64,000 nucleotides of DNA, from the IMG/VR virus record IMGVR_UViG_3300021400_000126, positions 32,001 to 96,000 of that record; one strand, 5' to 3'. This document shows positions 39,674 to 53,948 of the stretch, piece by piece. Position numbers and translations under genes: made by a program. The stretch's first letter is position 1. Each line of letters begins with the position of its first letter. The notes below the pieces were generated by a model. It had not been told where the DNA came from. It searched no databases and saw only the letters and a program-made list of their open reading frames with translations. The stretch is from a virus (taxonomy: Duplodnaviria > Caudoviricetes).

Positions 39674-42600
39674 ATGCCAATTTTAAATAATTTATATCCG
39701 CCTGTAGTTCCAGATACTATGCCGGCTTTCAATAGGGAAGAACAATGTAATATTGGTTTTTCTATTCCTATTTATAATTCAAAAGAAGATATAGCGGAAA
39801 ACCTTGTACAAATTTCAATAACAAATTTAAAAACAAATATTTCAGCTTTTAATAAAAAATTATATCCATCTGGAATAAAATTTGCTACAATGACTCCTGT
39901 TAATAATTTATATGGATATAATTATATAGTACCAATTAATAAAAATGATTTAATAAATGGCCGCTTTGAATTAAATACTTTTTATAAAGTTCAATTAAGA
40001 TTTACTAAAAAAATTGATAAAATATCAAAACCAAAAAAAGAAAAAGAAAGCGAATGGTTTGAATCTAACTCATCAAATTTTTCAGAATGGTCTAAGGCTT
40101 GTATTATTAAGGGTATTTCTGCCCCAACTTTAACTTTAAATAATTTTTCAGAAAATAATTCAAAAACCTCAGAAGTAATATTATCTAATCCTTTAATTGA
40201 TATTACTGGAAAATTAGTTTTTAGTAAAAATGAGAATGAATATTTAAAAAATTATAATATAAAAATTTTAGATGGAGAAACTAAAAAAATCCTTTTTAGA
40301 AGTGAAGATATTTATCCAACTGCAAAAAATGAATTTAACTATGTATTACCTTATGCTTTAAAAGATGGTGATACATATTTTTTATAGATTTCTTATATAA
40401 CAAATAATTCTTTTCAACAAACTAAACAATTTAAGTTTATTGTAATAGAATATTATGGAGTAGATAATTTAAATGCAGCTATTTCAACTTAGCCAAACTC
40501 CGATAATGGAACCATAAAAGTAACAATTACCTCTATTTTAGGAGAATCTTTTTTAGGAAGTTTTACAATTAGAAGAACTTCTTCTGAAAGTAATTTTTCT
40601 CTTTGGGAAGATGTAAAAACGGTTTCTTATGAAAAAAGTTAGCCATTAAATTATGTATGGTATGATAAAACTATTTAGAGCGGAGTTTTTTATAAATATT
40701 GCGTCCAAAAGCGCAATTCAAATGGAATACGAGGTCCTATTGTAAAACCTTAGGATAGCGGCAATAAATCATATGTAATGTGCGAATTTGAAGATATGTT
40801 TTTAACAACTGCTAATCAACAATTAAATATTAAATTTAATCCTGTTCTAAATGATTTTAAATATAATGTTACAGAATCTCAACAGGTTACAATAGGCGGA
40901 AAATATCCATATGTAAAAAGAAATGCAGATAATTATTTTAGAACCTTTTCTATTGGTGGTTTAATTAGTTCTTTTGTAGATACCTCTGATTGGTATATCC
41001 CTAGCGCGGAGTAGTCTTCAAATGGTTATGAATTTGATGAAAAAGGTGGAGAATTAAAAAATTTTACTTCTAAAAAAGAAATTTATAAAGAAAATCTTTC
41101 ATTATATTAGTAGTATAATGAAAAAAATCATATTTCTGAATATGAAGATTATATTTATGAAAAAAGATTTAGAGAAAAAGTTTATGATTTTTTATATAAA
41201 AATGATGTTAAACTTTTTCGGTCTAGTACTTAGGGGAATATTTTAATAAAATTAATGAATATATCTTTTCAACCAATGGAAAGTTTAAATAGAAGATTGT
41301 ATTCCTTTACTGCAACTGCTGTTGAAATTGATGAAGCTAATTTATTTAATTATAATAAATATAATATAAGTGTTATTGGTGATTATCTTACTCAAGTTGA
41401 AATTGTTAAAGATGTTTTTGGTGTTATTCAAGGTACTTATGCAAATAATACTAATATATTTGATTTAATAAAAAATAAATATAATAATAATATTGATTAG
41501 GATCGTCTTATTGAAATAAATTTTCTTAAATATTTAAAAATAGAAATTGATTCTTAGCCATATCCAGTTTATTATAATAAACAAACTAAACAAGTATAGC
41601 CATTAAATGATAATGCAATTTTTTCTGAATAGAATTTAAATTCAACTGCATTAGGTTATATAGTTACCATTAATGATAAAAATTATTTTATTCCTTCTCA
41701 AATAGAAAGAAAATCTATTTCAGACTAGAATATTCATAATGGATTTTTTGAATTAGATAATATTAAAATTACAAGTTTAAGTTTTCCGCAAGAAACAACC
41801 GTTCTTTTAACTTATACTGTATAGATTAAAGAAACAGAAAATCCTAATTATTTAATTAAAAGATTTAGTTATGAAGACGTTGTAGGTCAATTATATGGTA
41901 CTTTTAATCCTCAAGAATCTTTATTTAATTTAATTTATGTAAAATATTTTGAAAATGACAGTACATACTATAAAAGACTTGTAGATTTAATGGGCATTCG
42001 CGCAGAAGGGCCTCCTGGAGCAGTATTATATGTACAAGACTCAAATGATCAAGGATATTATAATAGGCACGTTTTAGAAAATGGATATTTGAAATTAAGA
42101 GATGATAATGCAACTATTTTTGGATTATATTTTAAAGGAATACATCTTATAAAAAGTAAAAATTCTATTAATTTTTTAAAATCAAATCGTTTAAAAATTA
42201 ATAAAAACAACATTGATTGGGATAATGTAAAAACCTATGAAAGTATTCAAGAAATTATAGAAAAGGAATCTAATCTTCAAAATGGAGATGTTTTTAGAAT
42301 ATTAAAATATGGAATTGAAGTAGATTCTTTTGATTCGGATGGTCATCCAAAAATTGATTTTTATAATGAGGGAACAACTGAAAACTCAGATAAAATAGTA
42401 AAAAGTTTTAAAGCATTATTTATTGCTTCTGAAAACTTAGATGATAATTAGGGCTGGATTGTTTCTATTGAAAATGAAGATAATTGGGGACAAGAAGTAC
42501 TTAATTAGATTCATGATCTTATGCTTAAAGAAATAAAAAATGATGATTCTTTAAAATATGTATATTATTATGGAGAATGGTATCCTATTTTAAAAGCGGA

Positions 42601-42856
42601 AGAATTAAGTAAAAATCTTTTAAAAACAGATATAAGACATATTAGAGATAATGAATATATTTTAACAAATGAAATATATAATAATTTTTAGGAAATAGAA
42701 AATATTATTCCTAATGGCGTTTATTATATTAATAATCAATATTATATTTATTATCATCAAAAATGGTATCCTTTTGATATGGATAATCATGATGTTTTAT
42801 GTCCAATAGATGGATTAATAGATTATTATTGTTAGATAGTGAGAGGAGCGTATTGA
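39674..42856 (+). CDS. large virion/tail protein (~1060 aa, TAG read-through)
   Basis: track ORFs 39674, 40778, 41255 and 41990 share one frame and are broken by TAG. Confidence 0.8.
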
Positions 42857-42860
42857 TAAA

Positions 42861-44930
42861 ATGAGTGAATTATCAAATAATTATAAAAATGTATATATAG
42901 CTGATTAGGCTCCTTATTTAAAAGATTCTTCTTTTTTAAAAGATTTTGATAAAGTCAAATTAAAAGAACAGTTTGTCAGAATTTTAGTTTTAACTTTTGA
43001 TGAAATTCCTATGCAATAGATTCATGGAAAGGTTATAAGTGGAAATATTTCATTAGACGGGACTTCCGCAATGAGAAGAACGTGCAATATTAATTTAATT
43101 TTGGATAATTCATAGATAACTTTAAACAATCTTAAAAATTTATTAAGTATTAATAAAAAAATTAAAATTTCAATAGGATTTACTAATGTTACAAATAAAT
43201 ATACTAATTATCCTATTCTTTGGTTTCCGCAAGGTACTTATCTTATCATATCTCCTAATATTACTCATAATACAAATGGAATTAATATTTCTTTAACACT
43301 CCATGATAAAATGGCTTTATTGAATGGAGAATGCGGAGGCGTTTTACCTGCTTCTGTTATTTTTCATGAAATAGAAGATGTTGATAGTGAAGGTAACACT
43401 TATATAACAAAGCCTACAATATATCAAATAATTCAAGAATTAGTTAATCATTTTGGAGGAGAGCAATTAGGGAAAATTATTATTAGTGATATAGACAATC
43501 AAGCTAGACAGGTTATGAGATGGACAGGTTCAACTCCATTATATTATTATGAAGAACAAGGAGGTACAAAACTTTTTACAACTTCTATTTCAAATTTACC
43601 TCAAAAGACTTCTTATACACAATATAACTATGGAGAAAATATTGGATATACTTTAACAGATTTTACTTATCCTGGTTAGTTAATTGGAAATGCGGGAGAT
43701 ACTGTTGTAACTATTTTAGATAAAATTAAAGATACTTTAGGTAATTATTAGTATTTTTATGATATTAATGGTAATTTTAGATTTCAAGAAATAAAAAATT
43801 ATTTAAATACCTCAAAAGCTACTGAAATTATAAAAAATATTTCTTCTTAGCATTATTTAGTAGATTTTTATAATGAAAAATCTGTCTACACATTTGAAGA
43901 TGGAGAAATTATTCAATCTTATTCAAATTCTCCTCAATTTCAACAAATAAAAAATGACTTTATAATTTGGGGAAAAAGAAAAGGATTGTAGGGGCAAGAA
44001 ATCCCAATTAGATATCATTTAGCTATTGATAATCAACCATTTTTTGGAAATACTAGATATAAGGTTTTTTTCTATACAGATCCTGAAGATAATATTAAAA
44101 AAGCTAAAATTCCTGAAGAGGGGAACCAACTACCTGAAAAAGGTGGTTTTAATAAATATTTCTTTTTAACTACAAATAATAAAATCTATAAATGGAATAT
44201 GGAAAAGAATCATTGGGATGAAACTACATATCAACTTTATAAAGAAAAAAATGCTACTTAGGCAGGTATTATTGCAAAAGATTTTAGAACAGAATTATAT
44301 TTATCTGGTTTATATCATGAAAATAAAGGAACTGAAAGCAATTATTATTTTGCAGAATTAAAAAATTAGTGGCCCAAAATCTATGATATTGAAAATGGAA
44401 AATTTTTTAATGAAATAGTTAAACATCCTAGTGATGTTGATTATTTTTTAGATTTTGTTAGTTATCCTGCCGCAGCTTCTGAGTTTAGTGTTTAGAATAT
44501 TGGACGTAGAACTATAACTATTGTAGATGATAAAATTAATTGTATTTTCTCTCCATAGTTTCCTAATGTAGTTTTAATAAATAATTCAATGGACGCCGCG
44601 GAAATAAAAGCATTAAGATAGGAATGTATAAATAGAGGACAATAGTGGTGTCAAGTAGATGATAATGTTTATTCTATGTTAGATGTTGGAGAAGGTTTCA
44701 GATCTGCTTTTGACTAGATAAAAAGATAGTTATTTCAATATACTGATTATAATGAACAAGTTTCTTTAACTACATTACCTATTTATTATTTAGAACCTAA
44801 TACTAGAATTTCAATAGAAGATTCTGAAAGTGGAATATATGGAGATTATATTGTAAAAAATATTTCTTTTTCTTTAGATATTAATGGAACTATGAACCTA
44901 TCTTGTTCAAAAGCACTAGAAAGGAGTTAA
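42861..44930 (+). CDS. tail/baseplate-associated protein (689 aa, TAG read-through)
   Basis: single frame; DKMALLNGECGG, YFYDINGNFRFQE, LPIYYLEPN. Confidence 0.8.
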
Positions 44931-44943
44931 AAGGAGGTAAAGT

Positions 44944-45690
44944 ATGTATTAGTTTGGACAATTTTTAAGTACATAGAAAAGTTGGACAAGTTATAAAGAA
45001 GATGTTAATTTATCTGATTTAACATTTGATTATATTGTTACACAACTGTCTAATGATATTTATGGCGGCAACCAGATTAAATTTGCAAATTATTCAATGA
45101 AATATATGGAAGAAGGTACTATTCTTCAAAATGCACATTATTATTATTTAAATTTTAAAATAAAAAGAAGAAATGATCAAAGCAACAATCATGAACAGGT
45201 TTTTTATTTAAGATTACAAAGAGTTGAAAATGATATCGTTGTAAAATAGCAATACATAAAAACTTTTAGAGTTCCAAATTCTCTTCTTTAGGATGACTAT
45301 ATTTCATTTGAAGTAATTATTGCTCCTAATTCTAATTATAATCGGATAATTTGGTAGATGCAAAGAGAAATTATAGATTATACTATTTCAGAAAAAGTAA
45401 ATGGAGTTTCTTATAATGGAAGAGTTGCTATTATTCAAGTTAATACTTTTAGTGAAATAATAAATACAATTGATAGTTTTCAACTTAATTCTCAAGAAGC
45501 ATCATTATCTAAAATTGGAATCCAAGGTCCTCCTTCTTTATTAATATGTCTAAATGGGGAATAGATTAGAATTGGTAAAAATGGAATTTATGAATTAAGT
45601 AATAGTGTATAGATAGTTTTTTTAGGTTTTATTCCTAAAAAAGAAACAGACTATTTTATAATTGATTATGTATATGAAGGAGAGGATTAA
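44944..45690 (+). CDS. virion protein (248 aa, TAG read-through)
   Basis: AGGAGG RBS; KIGIQ..IGKNGIYEL..IDY C-terminal domain shared with 47848. Confidence 0.75.
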
Positions 45691-45692
45691 AA

Positions 45693-47831
45693 ATGTATTC
45701 TTTTTATGGTGGACGACCTGGTAATTCTTTTATTATCATTACAACTTTTGGAAGTATTGCAGATATGGTCGCTGAATTTTCAAAAGGGCCAGCTTATACA
45801 GATGTTCATTATGATGAACATATTTTAATTAATACTACAAATAAAAATGATCCAGATAATGGAAAAATTTTTAGAAGAGGCTATAATTATACAGATGAAC
45901 TTGGAGGAGCTGAATATATTGGTCAAATTGTTGGACCGTCGGGACCAGCACCAAATTTATCTTTAACTGAATATGACACAATAGAAGAGTAGAAGGCAAA
46001 ACATGATCCTAAAACCGTTGCTGAAAGAATAAAATATTCAAAGGGGAGCCTTTCTTTAATAGATAATGATTTAATTCCTGGATATGATAAAGATAAAAAT
46101 GAATATAATGATAAAATTTAGTGGAATTCATACTCTATTAGAACTGAAGGAAGTGAAATCTGTAATGCATATATAGGTTTTAAAATTCCATATTTAGTTA
46201 TAGATTTATTAAGTGAAAAAGTAGATGCTCATAGCGATCCTGATGTTGTTGAGCATACAGATTCTCAAGGACATCCTTTTTATAAAAAATGGATTTTAAA
46301 AATACCAGAAGGAATTAAAGGAACTTCTTTATCTAATTTAAAAATAAAAAAATATGATGAAAATGAAGATAGAGATTTAATAACTACGGATGGACAGGCA
46401 TATGTTGGAACAGAAGGAAAACATATTATGATTTATGATTAGACTTCTTACGATAATCCAGTTCCTACCGTTATTCAAAAATATCTTGGAGATTATAATA
46501 TTATATAGGATATTTCCCATGAAAATGGAAAATTATTAATAAAATGTACTAATGACGATATTCCACAAGAATTTCCAATTAATGAAATTGAATCTATAAA
46601 TTTAAATAGTAAAACAGGGCAGTTTTCTATTAAATATTATAATAAAGAGACTCCAATAACATTTTCATTAAAATGGGTAAAAGATGTTGATTTTGATGAA
46701 ACAAAAGGAACTTTAACTTTTAAATACGCAAATTCTGAAACATAGGAAAAAGTTTGTCCAATAAATTGGATTAAAGGAGCTGAAACTAAAAAAGTTAGTC
46801 CAAATGATGATAGAGAATTTTTATATTTAAACTGGGTAAATCCAATAGATGGAGATTCTAAAGAAACACCTCTTTCTGATTTTAGATGGATTAAAAATTT
46901 AATTTTAACAAAAAAAGGTTAGTTACAAGTAACCTACAATGATAATACTTCTAAAATATTAAATCCAAATAATCATATAAATTGGGTAGAATCTATTGGA
47001 GTTAATAAGAATGGCGGTTTACATTGTATTTTAAATGATGGAAACACTTATAATATTACAATGGAAAATTCATTAAAATGGATAACTTCAACTTAGATTA
47101 GTGATACAGGAGTTCTTACTATTAATTATAATGCGGGAAGCCCTCAAACTTTAGAAGAACACCCAATTAGATGGATAAAATCAATAGATTTATCAGCAGA
47201 TGGAACTTTAACCATTGTTTATAATACTGGTGAAACATAGGAAATGGTTAATAAAATTCGTTGGGTTCAAGATATGACAATGAATGATGATACTGGAGAT
47301 GTTACGGTAGAATATAATGATAATACTACTAGTGTTTTAGGAACTCTTAGATCCATAGATTCTGTAAGTATTAATGAAGATAATCATTTAATGATTTTGT
47401 ATTCTGATTCTGAAGAAGCTGTTGATGCGGGAAGCGTTGCGGCAAATCTTATTTTTGATTAGCCTGTTTATGGATTAAATTGGAGCGGAATTGGTCAAAT
47501 CGTTGTTTCAATAGAAGAAGAAGAGGGAATAGGTACTCAAACTGTAAAATATTTAAATTTTACCACATCCGCGACTTCTTTAATAGCAGATAAAACAATT
47601 AATCTTTTAGGATGTGATAATTTAATTACAACATTAAGAACAAATCAAGCTCAAATCTCTTTTGGTGAAAATTATTTGTCATTAATATCAGTTGAAAAAA
47701 ATTTGATTGGTTTGAATTTTATGATAAGAATTCCTGAGACAGAAAATTCAGCTATTTATGAAGATTTGACAGAAGGGGCTCTTGTGGATGTATTTATTTC
47801 AGGAGTAGATCTTTAGTTTATTGGATAGTAA
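45693..47831 (+). CDS. virion/fibre protein with xKWI/RWI repeats (712 aa, TAG read-through)
   Basis: MYSFYGG start; repeated W-[IV]...G.L...YN units. Confidence 0.75.
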
Positions 47832-47847
47832 TAAGAGGTGATAATAA

Positions 47848-48204
47848 ATGGCTTTTAATGGATTTTTTGGTCAAATATCAGGTCCTTTTCAAGCAAATTA
47901 GAATATTTTTGAAAAAATAAAAACAGAACAAACTAATAATAAAATGAATTATATTTCTAAAATAGGAATTCATTATCCAGTAAATTTTGATTATCCATTA
48001 AATTTTAGTTAGAATTTTCAAGCAGCAGATTCTTTTTGTTTTCCAATTAAAGTTTCTTTATATGATGGAAAGCAAAAAAAAAGCAGGATTTTTCAAATAG
48101 GTAAAACAGGAATATTGGAATTATAGGATGTAAAAATTACATCTATTTATTTTTTAAATAATATAGATGATAATATTTATATTGATTATCAATATTAGTT
48201 ATAA
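47848..48204 (+). CDS. small virion protein (118 aa, TAG read-through)
   Basis: GAGG RBS; paralog of the 44944 C-terminus. Confidence 0.7.
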
Positions 48205-48207
48205 AAT

Positions 48208-48268
48208 AAAAAAATAAAGGCATATTATATATAATTAGTTATATATAATATGCCTTTTTATTTTTTTA
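48208..48268. terminator. bidirectional terminator between convergent late blocks
   Basis: AAAGGCATATTATATATAA/TTATATATAATATGCCTTT hairpin with A/T tails. Confidence 0.8.
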
Positions 48269-48356
48269 ATTGATTTATTTTAATTGTAAAATATTGATAA
48301 ATGAATTATGACAGATAAAGATAAACTGCTTATCTACCTACCAATAATTCACAATA

Positions 48357-48422
48357 TTACTGGTCACCGGTCAGGTCTTCTGACATAGCTATCACGATGC
48401 TGTTGATGAGCTCTTCCTGCAT
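48357..48422 (-). pseudogene. 21-codon remnant resembling the N-terminus of a shufflon-type tyrosine recombinase
   Basis: GGAGGTG RBS, MQEELINSIVIAMSEDLTGDQ*; lies after the alternative fibre cassette. Confidence 0.4.
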
Positions 48423-48480
48423 AAAAATCACCTCCGGGATAACTATACCCCAGAAGTGGCTGATACATTAAATATGGATA

Positions 48481-48849
48481 TTACTTTAATCTTAACGCGT
48501 TAAGGATTCCATGGCTGACTGTCGCATTACTGTCTGAATAAACAGACAGATACACATTTGAAGTGGCGGATAGAGTCACAACCGCTGACGTCTGCATACC
48601 AAGATTACGGCTTGCGGCGGTGTCAGAATAGTGTGCTTGAACACCATCTTTTTCTGAGCCTGGCTGTGCACCAGTTCCGACACTCATACTGAGTCTGCCT
48701 GCAGGAATTGATGCCCATCGCACATGACCTGTCAGAAGGTAAACTCCCGCAGGCAAACTTAATGTACAGACAGTAGCGTAGCTGGTTGACGACACAGATG
48801 TATTAGTACTTTTACTTGTAGTACTGATAGCACCAATCTTGCTATTTAA
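48481..48849 (-). other. alternative C-terminal fibre/receptor-binding cassette without a clear start of its own
   Basis: begins at TTAAATAGCAA, the same 11-mer found at the LNS junction of 48846..49235. Confidence 0.55.
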
Positions 48850-49235
48850 TAATAGATTCTCACCCAATTGAGAGTGCATCGAGTGCAGACAATTTTGTAT
48901 TCTTGGCCAGACTTAACAGGTACTGCAACTGCAAAAGTTGAATTTGCGTTTATAGCACCGTACCTTTTTTCAATAAGTATATCGCCAGACACGTCGACTT
49001 CAAGTGATGGCACGATGCTCTGATCGCTATCTGTTGCCGCAAAAGCGACCATCCAACCTGATCTTGGTGCGGTGAAGTAGACCCCACTAGTCACAGCTAC
49101 AGTTGTAGAGTATCCTTGACTGGGACCGACTATCGCATTGCTATTTAACTCCTCAATGCCATCCTCGATATTATTCATATTATCCGCAGATAATGGTGTT
49201 TCACCAGTTACCCAAGTTGTTTTTGTATATGCCAT
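48846..49235 (-). CDS. short tail-fibre-like protein (MAYTKTTW...NMNNIEDGI)
   Basis: AGGAG RBS; typical fibre/baseplate N-terminus. Confidence 0.75.
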   Translation of the reverse strand: MAYTKTTWVTGETPLSADNMNNIEDGIEELNSNAIVGPSQGYSTTVAVTSGVYFTAPRSGWMVAFAATDSDQSIVPSLEVDVSGDILIEKRYGAINANSTFAVAVPVKSGQEYKIVCTRCTLNWVRIYY

Positions 49236-49423
49236 AATTTTTCTCCTTTTTTCCAAAAAGAGACTACCACAATTAAATGATAGCTCTTGTGTATTTTACT
49301 ATATATTTTATATTTGATTGATAAACTGTTAAAAAGCCTGTTTTTCTTGTTTAGACTTAGCCTCATTCATCATCTCATGCAACTCATTCATCATTTCTTC
49401 TTTACCGTTGCCGTAGCTTCTAC

Positions 49424-49687
49424 TCATGTGATAATTATTGTATCGGTTGTTATAGTTTCTTCCTGCGTTAGCATAAGAAGCTGGCATATAGCCACCATAA
49501 CTGCGGCTTGGTCAAATCCTTGCTGAACACCATATCCGTAACCGCCTGTGCCATTACCGTTTTCCCAATTATTACCCATAAGAGCAAACAGGAAGAGAAT
49601 GATAATCCACCAAGCGCCGTCATCATTGCCAAAGCCACCATTATTACCTGTTACAGCAGCAGACATATCAGAAGTAGAAATTCCCAT
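49424..49687 (-). pseudogene. truncated copy of the Gly-rich protein 53949..54782
   Basis: GAWWIIILFLF...QQGFDQAA, then similarity is lost. Confidence 0.65.
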
Positions 49688-49851
49688 AGAAAAAAGTCTC
49701 CTTTCGTAAGTAAAAGATTAAATGTTAAAAACTAGCTACTCATGCATGAGTTCCTTTTAATCCTTTTCCTTTGAATCCTTTTTCCTTTTACTCCGATTTA
49801 TATAAAATTATCCACAGAAAATCTGGGGATAAATTTTATCAAAAACATTGA

Positions 49852-52437
49852 TTATAATGTTGTTCTTTTATACAACACTCTAAGGTTGACAGTTATTTTG
49901 GCTTGTGAAGATGCAAAATTTCTTACGGTAGCATTTAGTGTAGTTGAACCCCAATAATTTGTCACAACACAAGAAGATGAATTCGCACCAGAAGTTGTGC
50001 CTTCGGTATCTATTTTCCATCCAACTATTGCAACAAAAGAGAATCCTGTCGGTGCTGTAGCAGTTATTGTAACAGGAGATAAACTGGTGTTAGCACCAAT
50101 AGAAACATTGGTTTTTTTAAACTCTACAACTCTTACCATGTCTAGAATATTGCTAAGACCTAATGCCTATCGCCAAGCTGGTTTGGATGAAACTCTAACA
50201 ATATTATTTCCATCCTAATCAATTAATAAACGAAGATCGTTATAATAATTACTATTATTTACATTTCTATAACCTTGTAGTGTAATTCCTTGTTCACTAG
50301 TTTCAGAACCGCCTTCTCCTACTGGTCTAACATGATAAGCAATTCCACCCATCCTATTACCGTCCTTATCTCCTAAAAACAGCGCAAAAGGATTTCTAGA
50401 ATTAGTGTATGCAAAATCATTTATTGATAATTGAGGGCAACTAATATAAATACCTCCTGTGGAATTGGGAATTCTAATTAAACTAGACCTGTGCTAGTTA
50501 TCTGTTCCATTTCCAATTACAAAGGCATAGTCACCTGAATCAAAATAAACGTCAGGGCCGCCAACTGCTAAATCATCTGCACAATATACCTAATCTCCGC
50601 AGAATAATCCAGTTGCATTTAATGACACTCCATTATAACTGCCTATAATCGTAGTCTCTGGTCTTGATTTTAATATACCATTAGTAGTAATACAATTTAA
50701 ATCTACTCCATTTGCATTGCCTTCCCAATCTACTGCAAAAATATTATTATCACTATTTCTTTCTTTTAATTGAAAAGCATAATTTTCATCTGCTTTTAAT
50801 ACTTGTGCGCATTCAGATTTTACATATCCCGCAGTTGCAATTTGGTTAGAAACTGTACCATTTGGGGTTGTAGAAGTAGGAATTCCAGTTAGAGATGGAG
50901 AATTTATATTGGCTTTTGTATTTATATTTGTTTCAACAGTTAAAAGCCGTTCATTTAAATTTTTAATAACTAATCCATCAAAAGAATTAATTACCCAACC
51001 ATCTTTAGTATTATTATCATATTTTATATATGTAAAAATCTTTAGTCCTGGTCCCCATTGATAATATGGAGTAGTATCTGTTATTACTGAAAAACTATTT
51101 GGTCCATTTTGATACAAAATATCTTTTTCTAAAGAAGTCCCATTAATAGTTAAAGTGGGTGAAACTACATTATTTCCCTATGTAAAATAAATTAATATAG
51201 TGGCTTTTTCCGCAATATGATTTCCTAATTCTGTTCTTTCAATTAAACCACCATAATTATTTTCTGTATTATTTAAATTAATAATTTTTTCACTTGTTGT
51301 ATTTAAAGTTTCACAAGTTCCTGTCCAAAGTTTTTGAATATTATTAATTGTATCTGTTGGAGCTATCCAAGGTACATTAACACTTAATTGATTTGCAGAA
51401 TCAAAAACTACAGGATATTGTCTATTAAGCATAGTAGAAGGTGGGTCAATGGAACTTAAATTAGTTTTAGTTGTAGTTTGTAAATTACTTTTAGTTAATT
51501 GATTTTCAACTTGTCCCTTTACAAAAGCGGTTGTTGCAATTCTTGTAGAATTATCTGTGGCTGCTGGGGTTGTTGAAAGAGGAGTTCCTGAAAAAGCTGG
51601 TGAAGCAAGATTCGCTTTTTTATTATTTAAATATGAGATTATTGAATAATCTATATTTGATAATAACCAACAGTTATTATTAGCTTTATAAACAAAAAAT
51701 TTTAATCCAGACCCAAATTTATAAAAAGGCTCTGTAGTAGTAATAAGTTGTATGTCCCCGCTCTAATTTAAAAATCCAATAGAATATTCTATATTATTAA
51801 TTTTTATCTTGGGAGCTTGTGCAGTATTTTTTTCTTTAAAATAAATTGCAAGAATTTCATTACCAGTTAAAGAACTTGGAAAATTTTCATTATTATCTAA
51901 AATAATTGTTTTAATCTGGGTGGCGGCGGTATCTTCACAGGTACCAGTCCAAATGTTTTCAATTGATGATGAAAAAATAGTGTCTGTATCTGTCCAAGGA
52001 ACATTAACACTTAAATTCCCTGCCGCATCAAAAGTTACAGGATATTGTCTGCCATTTACACTTGTTGAAGCACTTGAAGTAAGGCTTGATAGCGCATCTG
52101 TTTTTAAATTATCTTTTGTTAATTGATTTGCAATCTGATTTTTTACAAAAGCAGTCGTTGCAATATTGGTAGAATTATCCGTTGCCGCAGGAGTAACAGA
52201 TTTAGGAGTTCCTGTAAAAGTTGGTGAATTAATATTTGCCTTATTCTTAATTTGAGTCTGAAGAGGAATAATATTTTGGTTACTATCTTTTACAGAATCA
52301 ATATCACCAATAATATGCTGTTTTAAATTTAAGTCTAAATTACTGTTCCAGTAGACATTTTGAGCTAATGCGGTAATTGGTATTTCATCATAACCACCGC
52401 TTGCATTTTTTACCTTTATGGCAACAATTTTATCCAT
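49852..52437 (-). CDS. tail fibre protein (861 aa, TAG read-through)
   Basis: four track ORFs in one frame; three KAxxxSPxFxGxP...IATTAFV collar repeats. Confidence 0.85.
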
Positions 52438-52509
52438 AAATATCTACCTTTCTTTTAAAAATATTTATGTAAACTAAAATTTTAATAATTTTAGTAATTT
52501 TCTTCTTTA

Positions 52510-52824
52510 TTATAAATTTTCTAATTTTGTAAAAATTTTATTTGTAATATAAATAATTTCATCTCCATAGGTAGAAATCAAATCAGCTACTAACTACTAT
52601 TGCTAGATACTGAGATTTACATTATACGAAAACATTGCGGCGTGTGTAATTTCATGACAAAGAACTTTTTTTAATAAGTCTCCCTTTAAATTTTCGTTTA
52701 TATAAATAGTTCTTGTCAAATTATCACACGCTCCTATGGAAAATTCCCCAGATATCCTCTGTAAAAGAGGGAAATCTGGGGAGACAAAAGCAAGTTTCCA
52801 ATAAACTTTATTTATTAAAAACAT
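52510..52824 (-). CDS. HExxH zinc metallopeptidase-like protein (104 aa, TAG read-through)
   Basis: LCHEITHA followed by SI*Q**LVAD. Confidence 0.75.
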
Positions 52825-53465
52825 TAAGCAATTTTATTTGCCAACATTGTCATCTTTTGATGTAATGTGGCTCTTTCTTCGGGAGACGCATCTTTTATCA
52901 TTTCGGTAATATCAGAAGAAAGCTCTTGAAGATATGCTTCTAATTCTTTTAACTGAGTATTAGAATCATAATTCATTTCTTTTCCTTCCATGTACATGCG
53001 GCGGCGCATAGGTGATCTACCCTAACGCGGGTCTCTCATAATATTTCCCATGTCAGAATACATCATTGTACTAGTTCTTCCCATTGTCATAGGCTCTTCA
53101 TAGCCGCGAGTTCCATTCCCGCTAGATCCTGAACTTGAACCAGAAGAAGAACTACCGCCAGGATAATACATATACCCATTAGAACGTTCCATCTCTCTAT
53201 AATCTGGATAATACATTCTAGGAGTGTAGTAAGATGGAGATCCACCGCCATAGTAATTTATGTTAGTTTCTCCGCCCTTATTGCTTTCTTCACTTTTTTC
53301 CATCGACTAAGTAATTGTACAATAATAAATTGCTTCTGCAAGATCCTTTATCATATCAATTGCTTCGCCCAACTAATGAGCATCAACTTTTGAAATATCA
53401 CCAAGTTGACCTTGAACACAACTCATTAATTGTTCTTTCATCATTTTTAAAGATTCTGTTGCCAT
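52824..53465 (-). CDS. hypothetical protein of the conserved phage cassette (213 aa, TAG read-through)
   Basis: DAH*LGEAIDMIKDL, DPR*GRS, ELSSDITEMIKDASPEE. Confidence 0.8.
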
Positions 53466-53478
53466 ATCCTTTTCCTCC

Positions 53479-53934
53479 TTATGCTATTCTCTTGACATTT
53501 AATAAAGCCTCACGTCTTATTTGAATAGACGGAGTAGGTGTTGTAGTAGGATCATCTTCTGTTCCATCTACATACGCACCAGATACGGTTACACAACATC
53601 CACACGGCACTGTAATAAAAGCTGTAGTGTTTACATGCCAATATTCTTCAGCGGCCGCAGGCGTAACAATAGCAACGCTCTCTGGAATAACTGTTCCATT
53701 AAGGGTTATTCCTAAAGCAATTGGAGTTACCGCCCCTCCTTCGGGAATTTGAATATTACCTTGAAGAGTAACTTCATATCTTGAAAAACGATTGGAAGTA
53801 TTGCCATTTAAGTTAAGAACTCCAGGAACAAGAGGAACAACATTTCCCTTGTTGCACGGAATAGAAACACTATTAAAAGGAATTGTTCCATTTAATGCCA
53901 CTAATGCATCAGTGGTTGTTACATAACTTGCCAT
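53479..53934 (-). CDS. beta-sandwich (BclA-C-like) protein
   Basis: GGAGG RBS; beta-rich sequence, VPCGCC. Confidence 0.7.
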   Translation of the reverse strand: MASYVTTTDALVALNGTIPFNSVSIPCNKGNVVPLVPGVLNLNGNTSNRFSRYEVTLQGNIQIPEGGAVTPIALGITLNGTVIPESVAIVTPAAAEEYWHVNTTAFITVPCGCCVTVSGAYVDGTEDDPTTTPTPSIQIRREALLNVKRIA

Positions 53935-53948
53935 AACAATCCTCCTTA

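Noticed and set aside
48481-52437. Diversity-generating retroelement acting on fibre genes
   Set aside because: No reverse transcriptase and no template/variable repeat pair with adenine-specific differences seen.
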